From: Rotaria socialis
Lineage: Eukaryota
DNA: 64,000 nt
Assembly (NCBI GenBank): GCA_905331295.1
Contig: CAJNYD010000224.1
Coordinates: 215,042-279,041 of the forward strand
Direction of reading: 5' to 3'
Each line of letters opens with the position of its first letter. Within the stretch, counting starts at the first letter, position 1. The notes under the pieces were generated by a model. That model did not search any database and had not been told where the DNA came from. It saw only the letters and a program-made list of their open reading frames with translations. Shown here one piece after another: positions 1 to 11,912 of this stretch. The position numbers were made by a program, and so were the translations under genes.

Positions 1-479
1 TCCTATGAATAAGTCGAGTCTAGTAAATTGTTTTCATGTTATCCAAAACATTTTTAGAGTAATTGTGGATGTGTTCATGTGAAGGCATCTGCTCATACGC
101 ATACTTCATGCCCTTGCCCATTCTGTATTGAGGTCATACAGATCAACGCAGGTTTATTGCTGTTAGTTAGTATGTTGAAAGAGAGAAGAATATTTATGAA
201 AATGTTAAAGGAAATTTTGAAGATCTAGTGCTGTAGAAAAGTTTACTCGCAAAGGATTGGAGCATCATATGATGAGGAAGTCAAATCTTGATCTATTTTC
301 TTTGCAAGCTGAAGATTTCGGCTGACTTGGTTTTTTTTGTGCAGTGGTCAAAATTATATAGAACTTCACTGTCTTTTTAACATATGACGCCATACTTTAG
401 TTTCAAGAAAATTTGTTTGAATTCCCGGTGACTTCTTCTAGCTTAAATTGCCAGAGAAAAGGCAGATCTAGTAGGAGGG

Positions 480-1743
480 GCATCCAAGGACGGAACACTG
501 GGAATTCTTCCGAACCCTCAGAAAACCACCAATACAACAACAAGCACCATAGGAATTAGGAATTACTCCACAAACGCAACACAAATCCCCCTCAATACCA
601 ACGAAAATCCCAAATAATCTCCTCACTATCACATACCTCCTGGAAAAGATACTACACAAAATACGTACACAGTAACTCAATTCCTCCCTAATGGATTGGC
701 TACTATCGATCTAGCACACAAACACTTGCGGTAAAAACTAGAAACTGATGACAATCTCTGAAGGAGGTATTTATGTGCAAAATCTCAACAGTAGTAAAAA
801 GCATTCAGAATTGACAACCAAACCCATATAAAGATAGGGCTATCTAGGGCACTGACGAACCAAATACAAAGCAACATACCGACGCTAACACGCGCCTAGC
901 TAAGCTGCCTTCTAGGAATTCATGCCCACATCCATCGGATCTTCGGGGAACTGTTGTTTTCGCATGAATATTTCAACTCATCGAGGATCCTGAAAAAGTG
1001 TCGGGGAACCGATGAATTAGGATAGCTCTGCTGATAGCACACAGGGACTGACCCGACTACATTCAAGGAATTAACCCACATTTCTTTTGAGTAGCTGTAG
1101 AACAGAATATCTGAATCCAGAACCATTGCTCAAACGTTTGCATCAAATACAACAGTTCCCCAGTTAATCGAAGGAAATGTGGCTTATTGCCTTGAAGGTA
1201 GTCGGGTCAGTCCCTGTGTGCTATCAGCAGAACTCTCATAATTCATAGGTTCCCTGGCGCTTTTCAGGATGCAGTATGGCTTAAAACGTTTATATGAGAA
1301 ACAACAGTTCTCCAGTCACTCGGAGGAAGTGAGTCTGAGTTCCCTGAAGATCCTTCAATTATTTATCACGTACTACCAGAGGAATTGTCAGGGTTGGAAG
1401 ATTTTTGTTTTTCTTAGAATGGCCTCTGTCGTTTCGATTCAGATTGCATTAACAGTTCCCTTCACAGAGAGCGAGCATGAGTTCTGGATGTTTCTTCGGT
1501 TCCCCTGAAAGTGATGATCATTCGTGCTGACAAAGTGATTAGTTTGGTTTATCTGAAGGATTTTTGTTTTTGGTACTATCAGGATTTTTAAATTTGAGGA
1601 TTTAGTTCCGAAAGATGTATGAGGGAATGAGTTAGGATACGTGATGGCTACGGTGATTAGTTCTCGTTTTCTCGAGGTAATTATGACTGTTGTGCGGCAT
1701 TTCTATGTATGAGAAGAATTCCTAAAGTTCAGTCCTTGGACAC
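480..1743. mobile_element. Degenerate foldback / long-inverted-repeat non-autonomous element
   Basis: Outer arms GCATCCAAGGACGGAACACTGGGAATTCTTC (480-510) and GAAGAATTCCTAAAGTTCAGTCCTTGGACAC (~1714-1743) are near reverse complements. Inner arms ~940-1068 and ~1190-1317 share CTGCTGATAGCACACAGGGACTGACCCGACTAC and its reverse complement. No transposase ORF. Confidence 0.65.
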
Positions 1744-2707
1744 TGCTCAAAAACTTAGGCACAATTATATACATATAAGGTGAAGCTTCGAATTCGTATT
1801 CACAACTACAAAGTCGTCCGACTTTCAATATAATTTTCAATTTATTCATTGTTATTATGAGTAAAAAAACAGCCGAAAATCATTGCAAAAAACTCGAAAT
1901 CTCAACGACTTCGAAAATCACCGATCGATTAAGTCGATTTTCTTGCATCTTTATTGTCAGCTCTAGTGAAATCAGCATCTTTCATGTGTCTAGAGTAAGT
2001 TGAGTTGGGGAGTATAATAAAATAGAATTTGTTCAAACTGAAGTATCAGAGGTAACAATTTTTCAAGAATTCAGAGAGAAATCTTCCTCCAGCGTTCGAC
2101 AGCTGTTGTGAACTACTATTAAGTTCTCAAAAAAACATTTATCAACCATAAATTTGTCAGCGCTTCTGCGATTTGCGATTATCTAATCAAGAAATCCTTT
2201 TGAATGCCTATTCTAATAATGAACAGATTTCTGCAGTAGACTAATTCAGTCTCAATGTGAATTAGAAACACGACTTCAATAATATGTCATTTTGATATTG
2301 GGTGTCAGAGAATTCTGACAAAATGAAAGTCAAATTCTTATTTTACAGTACATGTTACTACCCTTTATTATTGTCGGATGAGTATTTATACAATCGCAAA
2401 GTAGTCTAATACTTATGACTGATAGTCACTTATATAAACGCAACACTCCAACTACTAACGGCAATGAAATAGTTCCTATAACTATGATGAAAAATTATCA
2501 TGCATAGCCCAAACAGCAAAAAATAAACTTTCAGGATAAACTCATAAAATGAGATTAATTAAAAGACTTCAAGATTAGTTTATACTTAAACTGAGCAACA
2601 GCTTGCACGTCAGAATATTTCGAAACTCTTCCCGTAGATATAGATAATCTTGTATACTCGATACTTCCCAGATTTCCTACTTGAACCTATACAAATGTTT
2701 TTTATAG

Positions 2708-4539
2708 GATGGATCAACACTGCTAGTATGAATATTGGGCGATTTTATCACACAGCATCCGTATTAATAAATGGAAAAGTGTTAGTTGTTGGTGGAGTCA
2801 GTAGTACATATCTAAATAGTGCCGAGTTGTATGATCCATCAACAGCAACTTGGACAAACGCCAGTAGTATGAATTTTGGACGATATTATCACACAGCATC
2901 CGTATTAGCAAATGGAAAAGTGCTAGTTGCTGGTGGAATTGGTAATGTTTCTCTAAATAATGCCGAGTTGTATGATCCATCAACAGGAAATTGGACAAGC
3001 ACTGGTAGTATGAATTTTGGACGAACTGATCATACAGCATCTGTCTTAGAAAATGGGAAGCTATTAGTTGCTGGTGGATTTTCTAGTGCTGATCTAAACA
3101 GCACAGAGTTGTATGATCCATCAACAGGAGCCTGGACAAGCACTGGAAGTATGAATATTGCCCGACGCTCGCACACAGCATCGATTTTAGCGAATGGAAA
3201 CGTCTTAGTTGCTGGTGGAATTGGTAGCGATTTTCAAAGTAGTACAGAGCTATATGATCCATCAACAGGAACGTGGAGAAGCACTGGAAGTATGAATTTT
3301 GGACGAACTGATCATACAGCATCTGTCTTAGAAAATGGGAAGCTATTAGTTGCTGGTGGATTTTCTAATAATGGTTATTCTGTAAATATGTTCGAGTTGT
3401 ATGACACAACAACAGGAACTTGGACAAGCATTGGTAGTATGAATTTTGGCCGATATGACCACACAGCATCCGTATTAAGAAATGGAAAAGTGTTAGTTGT
3501 TGGTGGAGTCGATACTACTTATCTAAGTAGTGCCGAGTTGTATGATCCATCAACAGGAAATTGGACAAACACCAGTAGGATGAATTTTGGACGACATGGC
3601 CACACAGCGTCTTTATTAGCAAATGGAAAAGTGCTAGTTGCTGGTGGAATTGGTAATGTTTATCTAAATAGTGCCGAGTTGTATGATCCATCAACAGGAA
3701 ATTGGACAAGCACTGGTACTATGAATTTTGGACGATATTATCACACAGCGTCCGTATTAGCAAATGGAAAAGTGCTAGTTGCTGGTGGAATGGGTAATGT
3801 TTATCTAAATAGTGCCGAGTTGTATGATCCATCAACAGGAGCCTGGACAAGCACTGGAAGTATGAATATCGCCCGACGCTCGCACACAGCATCCGTATTA
3901 ACAAATGGAAAAGTCTTAGTTGCTGGTGGAATTGGTAGTGGTGTTGTAAGTAGTACAGAGCTATATGACCCATCAACAGGAACTTGGATAAGCACTGCAA
4001 GTATGAATTTTGGACGATATTATCACACAGCATCCGTATTAACAAATGGAAATGTGTTAGTTGTTGGTGGGTATAGTAGTGCTTATTTATATAGGACAGA
4101 GTTATATGATCCACCAACAGAAACATGGACGAGCAGTAGTAGTATAAATTTCGGGCGAGCTGGTCATACAGCATCAGTTTTGGCAAATGGAAAAGTCTTA
4201 GTTGCTGGTGGAATTCGTACTGGTTTTTCAAGTAGTACAGAGCTATATGATCCATCAACGGGAACATGGACAAGCACGGGTAGTATGAATTTTGAACGAT
4301 ATGGCCACACAGCATCCGTATTAACAAATGGAAATGTGTTAGTTGTTGGTGGGCTTGATGCCGACGGTTTTTTGGTAAACAGTATTGAATTGTATAACCC
4401 ATCAACAGGAACTTGGCCAAGTATCGTGAGCGTAAGTAATGCCGGATCTTATCAAACAGCAACTGTGTTATCAAATGGGAAAGTTTTGGTTACAGGTGGT
4501 TATTCAAGCGTTACAACAAGTAGCTGCGAATTATATTAA
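2708..4539 (+). CDS. Kelch-repeat beta-propeller protein (13 repeats of ~47 aa); terminal exon, 5' exon(s) unresolved
   Basis: Repeats of RxxHTASVLxNGKVLVAGG...SAELYDPSTGxW with a 141-bp period. The tracked ORF begins at TTG 2650, but the acceptor tttatAG (2706-2707) lies just before the first repeat. Confidence 0.9.
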
Positions 4540-6125
4540 TGATCTCACATAAACGATTACAATCAATCTCATATTTATATGTATAGAAAATTTTGAATGT
4601 AAAAGTACACTGATGAAGAGCGTCACTACATTAGGCACGCATTTCACAGGCCAGCACACGTTTGGTAAATTTATTTTTGGGTGTGTATATATCGTGGTGT
4701 TCAGTTGTCTGAGACTTTTCATTTCTTTTTACTGTGAATTGATTGAGTGATCAGAAGTAATAACGAACATAGAAATGAAGTACAAAAAAAGCAGGTATGG
4801 ACCAGTTGGTTGTTTTGTTGTACCATATAGATTAACAGTAAGATGTGTCATTCAACATTTTACTGACGTTCGCGTGATATTTTCGTTAGAGTTATAGTGT
4901 TTGTCCCTTCAGGTCCTCTTTAGTTTATTTATAATCACTGTTGATTAATAGACTTGTAGCGAAAAATGAGCCCTAAGATTTTTTTAATGAGGTGAAATCA
5001 TAAAAGACTCGTATTTTTAGAAATTTTCGTACTAATATTTTTGCCGAATTCATCAATACTTGCGAATAAAATGTTGAGTATAAGTTTTAAAGTGAAATTT
5101 TTGCGACTTTCATCCCTACCATTACAAAAATTCAGAGACGCACTACTGCTCTAATTATACAAGTTTTTTAAAAGGAACTGTCTCTTTTCACTTCTTGATG
5201 GTAAGTGTGACTATGGCTGTAGGCAAGGTTATGAATCGATTGTCACACATCAACTTTACGTCCACACTCTCATCAAATTGTGTCAGAAATGAATGCTTGC
5301 CTTTCACGGGCCACTTTTACTACTGTATAGAAATATTGTATATGGACTGCTTCTGAATTACGAGTTTTCGAAAAAATGAAGTTTCTGTGGGATTTGATTT
5401 TCTAAATTATAGGGCTTGCACCAAAAAGCGAAAAAATATAGGACTTGTGTATATTGTTTCGACTTGAAAGTCCAGTTTTATTAGCTTCGCACCTTGGGAT
5501 AGATTCTTGTTTAAGTTATTAAAGACAACTAGAATCGCATTGGAAGGGAAATTTAACTGCTTTGACAAATTTGAATAAGAGCCAGAAAAATAGAAATCGG
5601 TGAGCTCAACAGGATTCTAAGAGTGGATGAAAATTTTAGTGAAATAATTTAGTATGTACTTTTTGCCCAATCATATTTTCGAATGGTTTGTGAAAATTTT
5701 TTCAAGTCTTTACTAAACACGTTCCTTGATGATTACTGGAGAACCGCTACATCTATATAGAGCTAACTCATTTATTTTAATATAAAAGTGTTATTGAAGT
5801 ACACGAGAAAATTGGTATCAATGTACAAGCTTTCTGTTTTTTCTTTTGTCGTTGTTATTTCTGTACAATAATATGCATGTGGGCAAAATATTTGAGAAAC
5901 AAAACTTTCAAAATTTTCATCGAATTCAAATTTACTTTACATGAATGATAAAATTAATGAAGATTATCTGCGGCAGAGAACATATAGTTTTTCATGTTTT
6001 TTTTATTGATAAAATATACGATAAATTATAGGTTTTTTCAAAAATATGAGAATAACAACGCATATCGGGAGAATCCTAGGTTAATACATAGGTATGATTT
6101 GTCGATTATTTTGAAAAAGACATGT

Positions 6126-7124
6126 TCAATTCGTTTCAACGTGGCATATGCCAGCCAAGTACCGTTTGATATGAAACCAACGGTCAAGAACTCTGACAAC
6201 TTCCTTGCGAAAAATGCTACCAGTCAGCGTATATAAATAGAAGTGACTTGTATGAGCGAAATATGTTAGTGTGTTTACTGTATTACAAGCCAGGTTTTCT
6301 TGAGCAATGCCTAATGCGCTCCGTGATTCTCTTGCAGTAAACGCTGCATAGAGGCGATAGATAGAGTGTGGTAAAGTAGCGCCTATAATGAAACATACTT
6401 GAGCAGCTAACATGCGTAAGAGTTGATTATTTGTACGTCTACTAAACTGTTGTGCTCCAGTAGATAACGGCATCACGCGATGACTTTGTCGAATATTTGC
6501 AATTGTAAGAGAACCGAAGACAAGCATTACTAAACCTGGTAAAATTGTATAGAAAAGCATGTTCCAAAATGAAATGAACGTCAAATAGACTCCTTTTTGA
6601 CCATTGCATGTTGGAGCAATCACTCCGAATGCATTACGTGAATAGCTTATTTCATAGTAAACAGGCATATTAATGTAAATGATAGTCATTGCAATGACAG
6701 TGATTCCGATAACTAATCGTGCTGTTTTTAATGAACTGAATCGGCGCAACTGCGGATTTCTTGAACTGTGAAGAAAACGATCAACACATGCAAATGCAAT
6801 CAACCACGAAGCTATGGAACGCACGGTATAGAAACTAAAAGTTTCCACTTTGCATATACCACGATTGTAAAAGGCCAGGTCTACACCAAAACCATTTGAG
6901 GCAATACGTACAGGTAACACAACAAATTCAACAAACAAATCAGCAATGCTTGATGCTAAAAGGTAGAGTACACATGATTTTCGACGCATTACCGGTTGCC
7001 AAAAAACAGCTACACTTAAGATAAGACCTAGTATGCCTGGTATAAAACAGACAAAACTTATCACAAGTACAATTATTGTTGTTGCTGCATTCAGTTGACG
7101 AACTGCATCGCTGACGGTCGACAT
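6126..7124 (-). CDS. Intronless rhodopsin-like (class A) GPCR, orphan peptide-receptor-like
   Basis: 332 aa with seven hydrophobic segments, LASSIAD in TM2, a DRF motif after TM3 and an FYLY TM7 motif. Confidence 0.85.
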   Translation of the reverse strand: MSTVSDAVRQLNAATTIIVLVISFVCFIPGILGLILSVAVFWQPVMRRKSCVLYLLASSIADLFVEFVVLPVRIASNGFGVDLAFYNRGICKVETFSFYTVRSIASWLIAFACVDRFLHSSRNPQLRRFSSLKTARLVIGITVIAMTIIYINMPVYYEISYSRNAFGVIAPTCNGQKGVYLTFISFWNMLFYTILPGLVMLVFGSLTIANIRQSHRVMPLSTGAQQFSRRTNNQLLRMLAAQVCFIIGATLPHSIYRLYAAFTARESRSALGIAQENLACNTVNTLTYFAHTSHFYLYTLTGSIFRKEVVRVLDRWFHIKRYLAGICHVETN

Positions 7125-7288
7125 TGAATGAATGTATTTGATTCAAATCTAATAAGTAGAAATCATGAACAATTCTGCTAGCCTTTCATTCTTAATATGT
7201 ATCCAATTCTGCTATCAATAGAGCTCATCGCGCGTAAAATTCCTTGGCTTGGACTTAACTTATTAAAAATGCTTGAGAATTGAAGCTA

Positions 7289-7538
7289 CCCTGGTCGAAC
7301 ATACACGGTCGTATACGACGGTAAATCGCCGTATTTGGCCGTATTACGATCGTAAATCTCCGTGCCGTATACGGCGAAATACGGCGCTTTACGGCCGTTT
7401 TTGATCGTATTTCACCGTATTACGACACGGAGATTTACGATCGTAATACGGAGCCATGTAATACGGCCAAATACGGCGATTTGCCGTCGTATACGGCAGA
7501 AAACGGCCGTATACGGACGTCGTAAAGCTCGTCCTGGG
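7289..7538. mobile_element. CpG-rich palindromic MITE-like element
   Basis: Termini CCCTGGTCGA / TCGTCCTGGG (8/10 inverted). Internal inverted repeats include AATCGCCGTATTTGGCCGTATTAC / GTAATACGGCCAAATACGGCGATT. Confidence 0.7.
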
Positions 7539-9819
7539 ATAGTATATTATACTTTTCCGAGCCTATTTTTCTCATTGTCGTCAATTTGATTATTTCTCAG
7601 AAGTATTTCTTTAAATTTCAACTCGACAGAATGTATATGTAACACCTACCATGAAGTAGTGCGAGACAGCATCGTACTTTTATGTAATATGAGTACTCTT
7701 CGGGTAACTTATTCACATAAAGGATGACAAAAAATAGATCGCGCCTTTGAAAAAAACTACTAGACTGTAGTGAATATTCTCATTGTGAATGATGCGTTCT
7801 GTCATTTGCAACGAAGTGAAACTAGAAAAAATTTGAAAAAGAAACACAGTCAATTTTTATTTTACGCATCATCAAATTTTCAATTCATCAAAACTAATCA
7901 AGATTACGTGTACCCTCGGAGTCGGCCTATGATTTCTTCATCTATTTTTGCAGTAGCCATTTGCACTTCTTATGATATATCTATTCAGCAAAAAACTACA
8001 TCGTAACCACGATATGTAACTTTATTAATTTCGCACCACCTCATATTTATCCTTTTCAATTTGCACATCTCTGTTTCTAATTCAACTTTAGCGCAAAGCT
8101 CAATTCGCTGTTTATTCTGATAGAAACAAGATAGATTGTTTAATACGATGTAAGACGACTTTAAAAACTCAAATAAGAACCTATCTCAAACAGTGCAGTT
8201 GATAAAAGTCCTGTTACGCAGAAAATCAAATCGTAAGAGACTTTATCAAGTCATGTTACCTTGCCAGACCAGAAAAAAAGATTTTTATTGTGTAGAGGTC
8301 TCTTCTGAAAAGTTGTGATCCCCTGCTACGGTATGCAAACGATTTAATACACACTGTAAAATTTTACGTAACTCTAAAGAGTTGAATGATGGTCTGATAC
8401 TTGTATGTCTTAGAATTTAGATCAAATTGTGAGAAATGTTAGGTAACATGTCAAATTTGTAGCAGGAAACGATGTCTTTTCAAAAAATAATTCTGAGGCG
8501 TATTTTGTCAGAAATAATCTTCGCCGTAATTTAGATGAGTGTAAAAAAATTGAGTAGTTGTCACTGAAACGAAACGGAATAGACAATTTTCTGATATCCA
8601 CTCTGTTAGATTCGCCATAGATTTCTACACAAATGAGTTTATTTATGATTTTGTAGAGAATTTCACGACGCATCTTTTGGCAAAACAACCAGTTATAAAG
8701 ATCAAAAAGAAAAAAAAGTTATAATCAAAATACTCAGACAGTCATTTATTCTGCCGCACCCGTTAGCTTATGTAAAATGCTTATGTGGAAATATCTTATA
8801 ATTATCACTAATAACATCATCAAAGCTTCTCATTACTCAGTATAATTGAAAAATATTTTAGGTAGCACAAAACTGCGTATTCCGATTAACTATATTCGTC
8901 TATAATTTTCATAAACTAGCGCTAGTATACAGAGAGGAGTGGAAAATTTTGGACGATCTTTGAACCTATTCAACTGATCTGTTAAGATTCGCAAAAATCT
9001 ATCAAGGTAACAGGATGAAGAGAAAAGAAAAGCAAAGATGGCTAAATAACTTATTTGTTCTATTGCATAAGATTCATAAAATCTATCTTATTCAAGTCGT
9101 TTGACGAGGATAACTTGAAAAACAAATTGACCTAAAAAGAATTGGCTTCCCACACTTGGTGTTTGTGCTTTTTCCTTTCATCATGAGAATGAAATGAGTC
9201 AAGGTAAAACTTTAAATGTTAGATATTCATAACTATACGTATATTGTATATGTTTCAGTGATGAGTGTTCGATATTTGCTACGACAGGCGTTAGTCACTC
9301 GATATAATCATACTGACATTTTCGACTTAATCGCGCCACACCCTTTTTCAACAATTGCTATATAAGAAGAAGAAGAAATCAGTTAAGTCTCACAGAATTA
9401 TTTAATCTACTGATTTTCAACTGACACCACCAATGCGGCATAAAATCATCTGTTCTCTATCAACTTAGTCAAAGTCATCAATTTTATACAATCTCTACAT
9501 ACAAAAGTAAGCAAAGAGTCATAGTAAGACGTTATTTCTCTTAGACAAATCTACAAATTGAGAATTCATTAGTTCCTACATCAGAATCCCATAAATTTTG
9601 TAAAATGTAAGTTATTTCTTTTCATTTCTGTATGATTGTTGGATTGAGAGACTAAAAATAAACCAGTGAGTCATTTTGATCTACCAGAATATTATCAATC
9701 TGTTTGCTCTAGTAGTCCCACATTAAATAATGTGCACCTTTGAAGTACCCGTGATTGAATGCAACTTTTAGATCACTAGCACGAATTACATGATCAGTAT
9801 TTTCTTAGATTTTTGCGCA

Positions 9820-11029
9820 ATGTTATCTTTTAAATGGCAATCTATTTTACTATTAATACATGTTCTATTGAATTTAACTCTATCCACTCGTCCGCCACAT
9901 GTAAACTTACTTGCAAATTTAATTACTAAAAGAAAGTCTTCAATGATAAAACAAATGAATGATACAAATGAAGTGGTGGTATTTGGTCATCGCAATCCAG
10001 ATACAGACTCTGTTGTATCTGCACTAGTTTTTGCCGACTTTCTTCGTCGTATTAAAGTCAATGCTAAAGCTTATCGTCTCAATGATCTTGATAATGAAAC
10101 AAAATTTGTACTTAAAACAGCTGGTATCGAACAACCAGATATGTTACCTGATAATTTACCTAATGGTACTAAAGTAGCGTTAATTGATCATAATGAAAGT
10201 AAGTTAGAACATCTGTTACTATCCTAAATGTATGATAAAATCGTCATGTTTTTGTTACTTAGGTCAACAATCGATGGAAAATTTGAAAAACATGCGTGTA
10301 ACATATGTAATCGATCATCATAAATTGGGTGATTTGACAACACCGGAACCAGTATTTCTACTATTTGAGCCAGTAGGTTGTGCAGCAACATTAATAACAA
10401 AATTATATATCGATAACCAATTAGATATAACTCAACAGATAGCAATACTTATTGTTAGTGCTATTATTAGTGATACACTTCATTTTCGGTAAAAATCTGT
10501 TGAATATTTTTCTGATGAAATAAAATAATCGTCTATTTTTCTTCAAAGTTTGCCTACGACAACAGATAAAGATCGTTCAATTGTCAATTATCTTCTACCC
10601 ATTGCGAAAATCGACAACGCAGCAGTGTATGCGAATCAAATGTTTGAAGCTATTAGTGATTTAAGTGGTTTTTCATTGCGACAAATTCTTCGTGTGGGTT
10701 TTAAAATCTTTTTATTCAATGATCAACAGTGGGGTGTAAGCTTTTTGTATACAATTTATCCAAATAGGATACTCGAAAGTAAAGAAGGATTACTTCAAGA
10801 AATGGTTGATGAAAAGAAGAAAAGCAATTTGACTGGAATTCTCTTTTCAGTTGTTGATATTGTCAAGGAACAAAATTATATGTTTATTATTGGAGAACTA
10901 GAACATACTGTCGTACGAGAAGCATTCAAGGTCAATATTGAAAGACAAGTTGCTCATTTAGGTCGAAGAATGAGTCGAAAGAAAGATATTATTCCTTGTC
11001 TCGAAGCGTATTTCAAGACAAATCATTGA
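9820..11029 (+). CDS. ppaC: Family II (DHH/DHHA2) Mn-dependent inorganic pyrophosphatase, bacterial type, with N-terminal signal-like peptide; exons 9820-10198, 10263-10488, 10549-11029 (361 aa)
   Basis: Motifs GHRNPDTD, LIDHNESQQS, VIDHH, EPVGC, SAIISDT and C-terminal SRKK. Two GT-AG introns join the three ORF pieces in frame. Confidence 0.9.
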
Positions 11030-11912
11030 AATTATCTTTTAATTCTTAGAAGTGTTTATTTTATGAAAATTTATAAATGTACAGAATGATAAAAAAAAAC
11101 TTGACTACTAGTATGTTTTAGAGATAAAATCGTTTCGATTTGATATATTTGCATAAGATATCCATCTTTGACTAAGATTATTTCGCATGGTTGAGGGTGT
11201 GAAGTAACAACTGTGTTTGCAGCTGAGAATGAATTTATGTGAGTGCTTATACTTTTTTAACGTTCTTACTTATATTCGGACCCCACTCTCTCTACTCGAA
11301 TTATGTTAAAATTAAAATAGCAGATCACATAGGAGCTAAATTGTACATTTTCGAATCTTTCTATTCTTCGTTTTCGCTTGAAGATGCAGAGCGATGGTAA
11401 GTTTTTGATCATCTACACAGATAACCAGTAGTATGTCGGCGAATCTATGTTTGCATTCGTTTTATTATTGTAAGCCGAGCACACTTATTAATGAATGCTA
11501 TCAAAGGTGGAAGAAAATATTCACTGTTGATGGTATTGCTTATATAGTTTTAATTTTCAGTTACTTCGAAAACAGATTTTAATTACGAGTGAGAAACGAT
11601 TGTGCTCATCAATTGCATAAAATAGCTTGATTTCTTTTAAACATCCGTGATTTATATAACAAAATATATATATAGTCAAAACAATACGATCAAATACAAA
11701 AGCAAAAATGAAATGATCCAGAACAAAAAAAAAAGCTAGAAGTTGTTTTTCCTCAGTGAACAATACAACTTTTTAGAGTACAACAAATATGGATAGTGGA
11801 ACATGCTATTCATCCTAAAAACAACTTTCTTCTAGTATTACGCGTTTTCTTTTTATTATATATCTCTCAACGTTTCATAATAATTATTTTATTAAAAATA
11901 CTAATCAAGAAT

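Noticed and set aside
2798..4474. Repetitive minus-strand ORFs (up to 251 aa)
   Set aside because: Antisense shadows of the Kelch repeats.
2720..4500. 141-bp periodic repeats as a CRISPR array or diversity-generating retroelement
   Set aside because: They are in-frame coding repeats without unique spacers; no cas or reverse transcriptase gene is in the window.
7362..7589. 75-aa Arg-rich ORF
   Set aside because: Chance frame inside a palindromic MITE.
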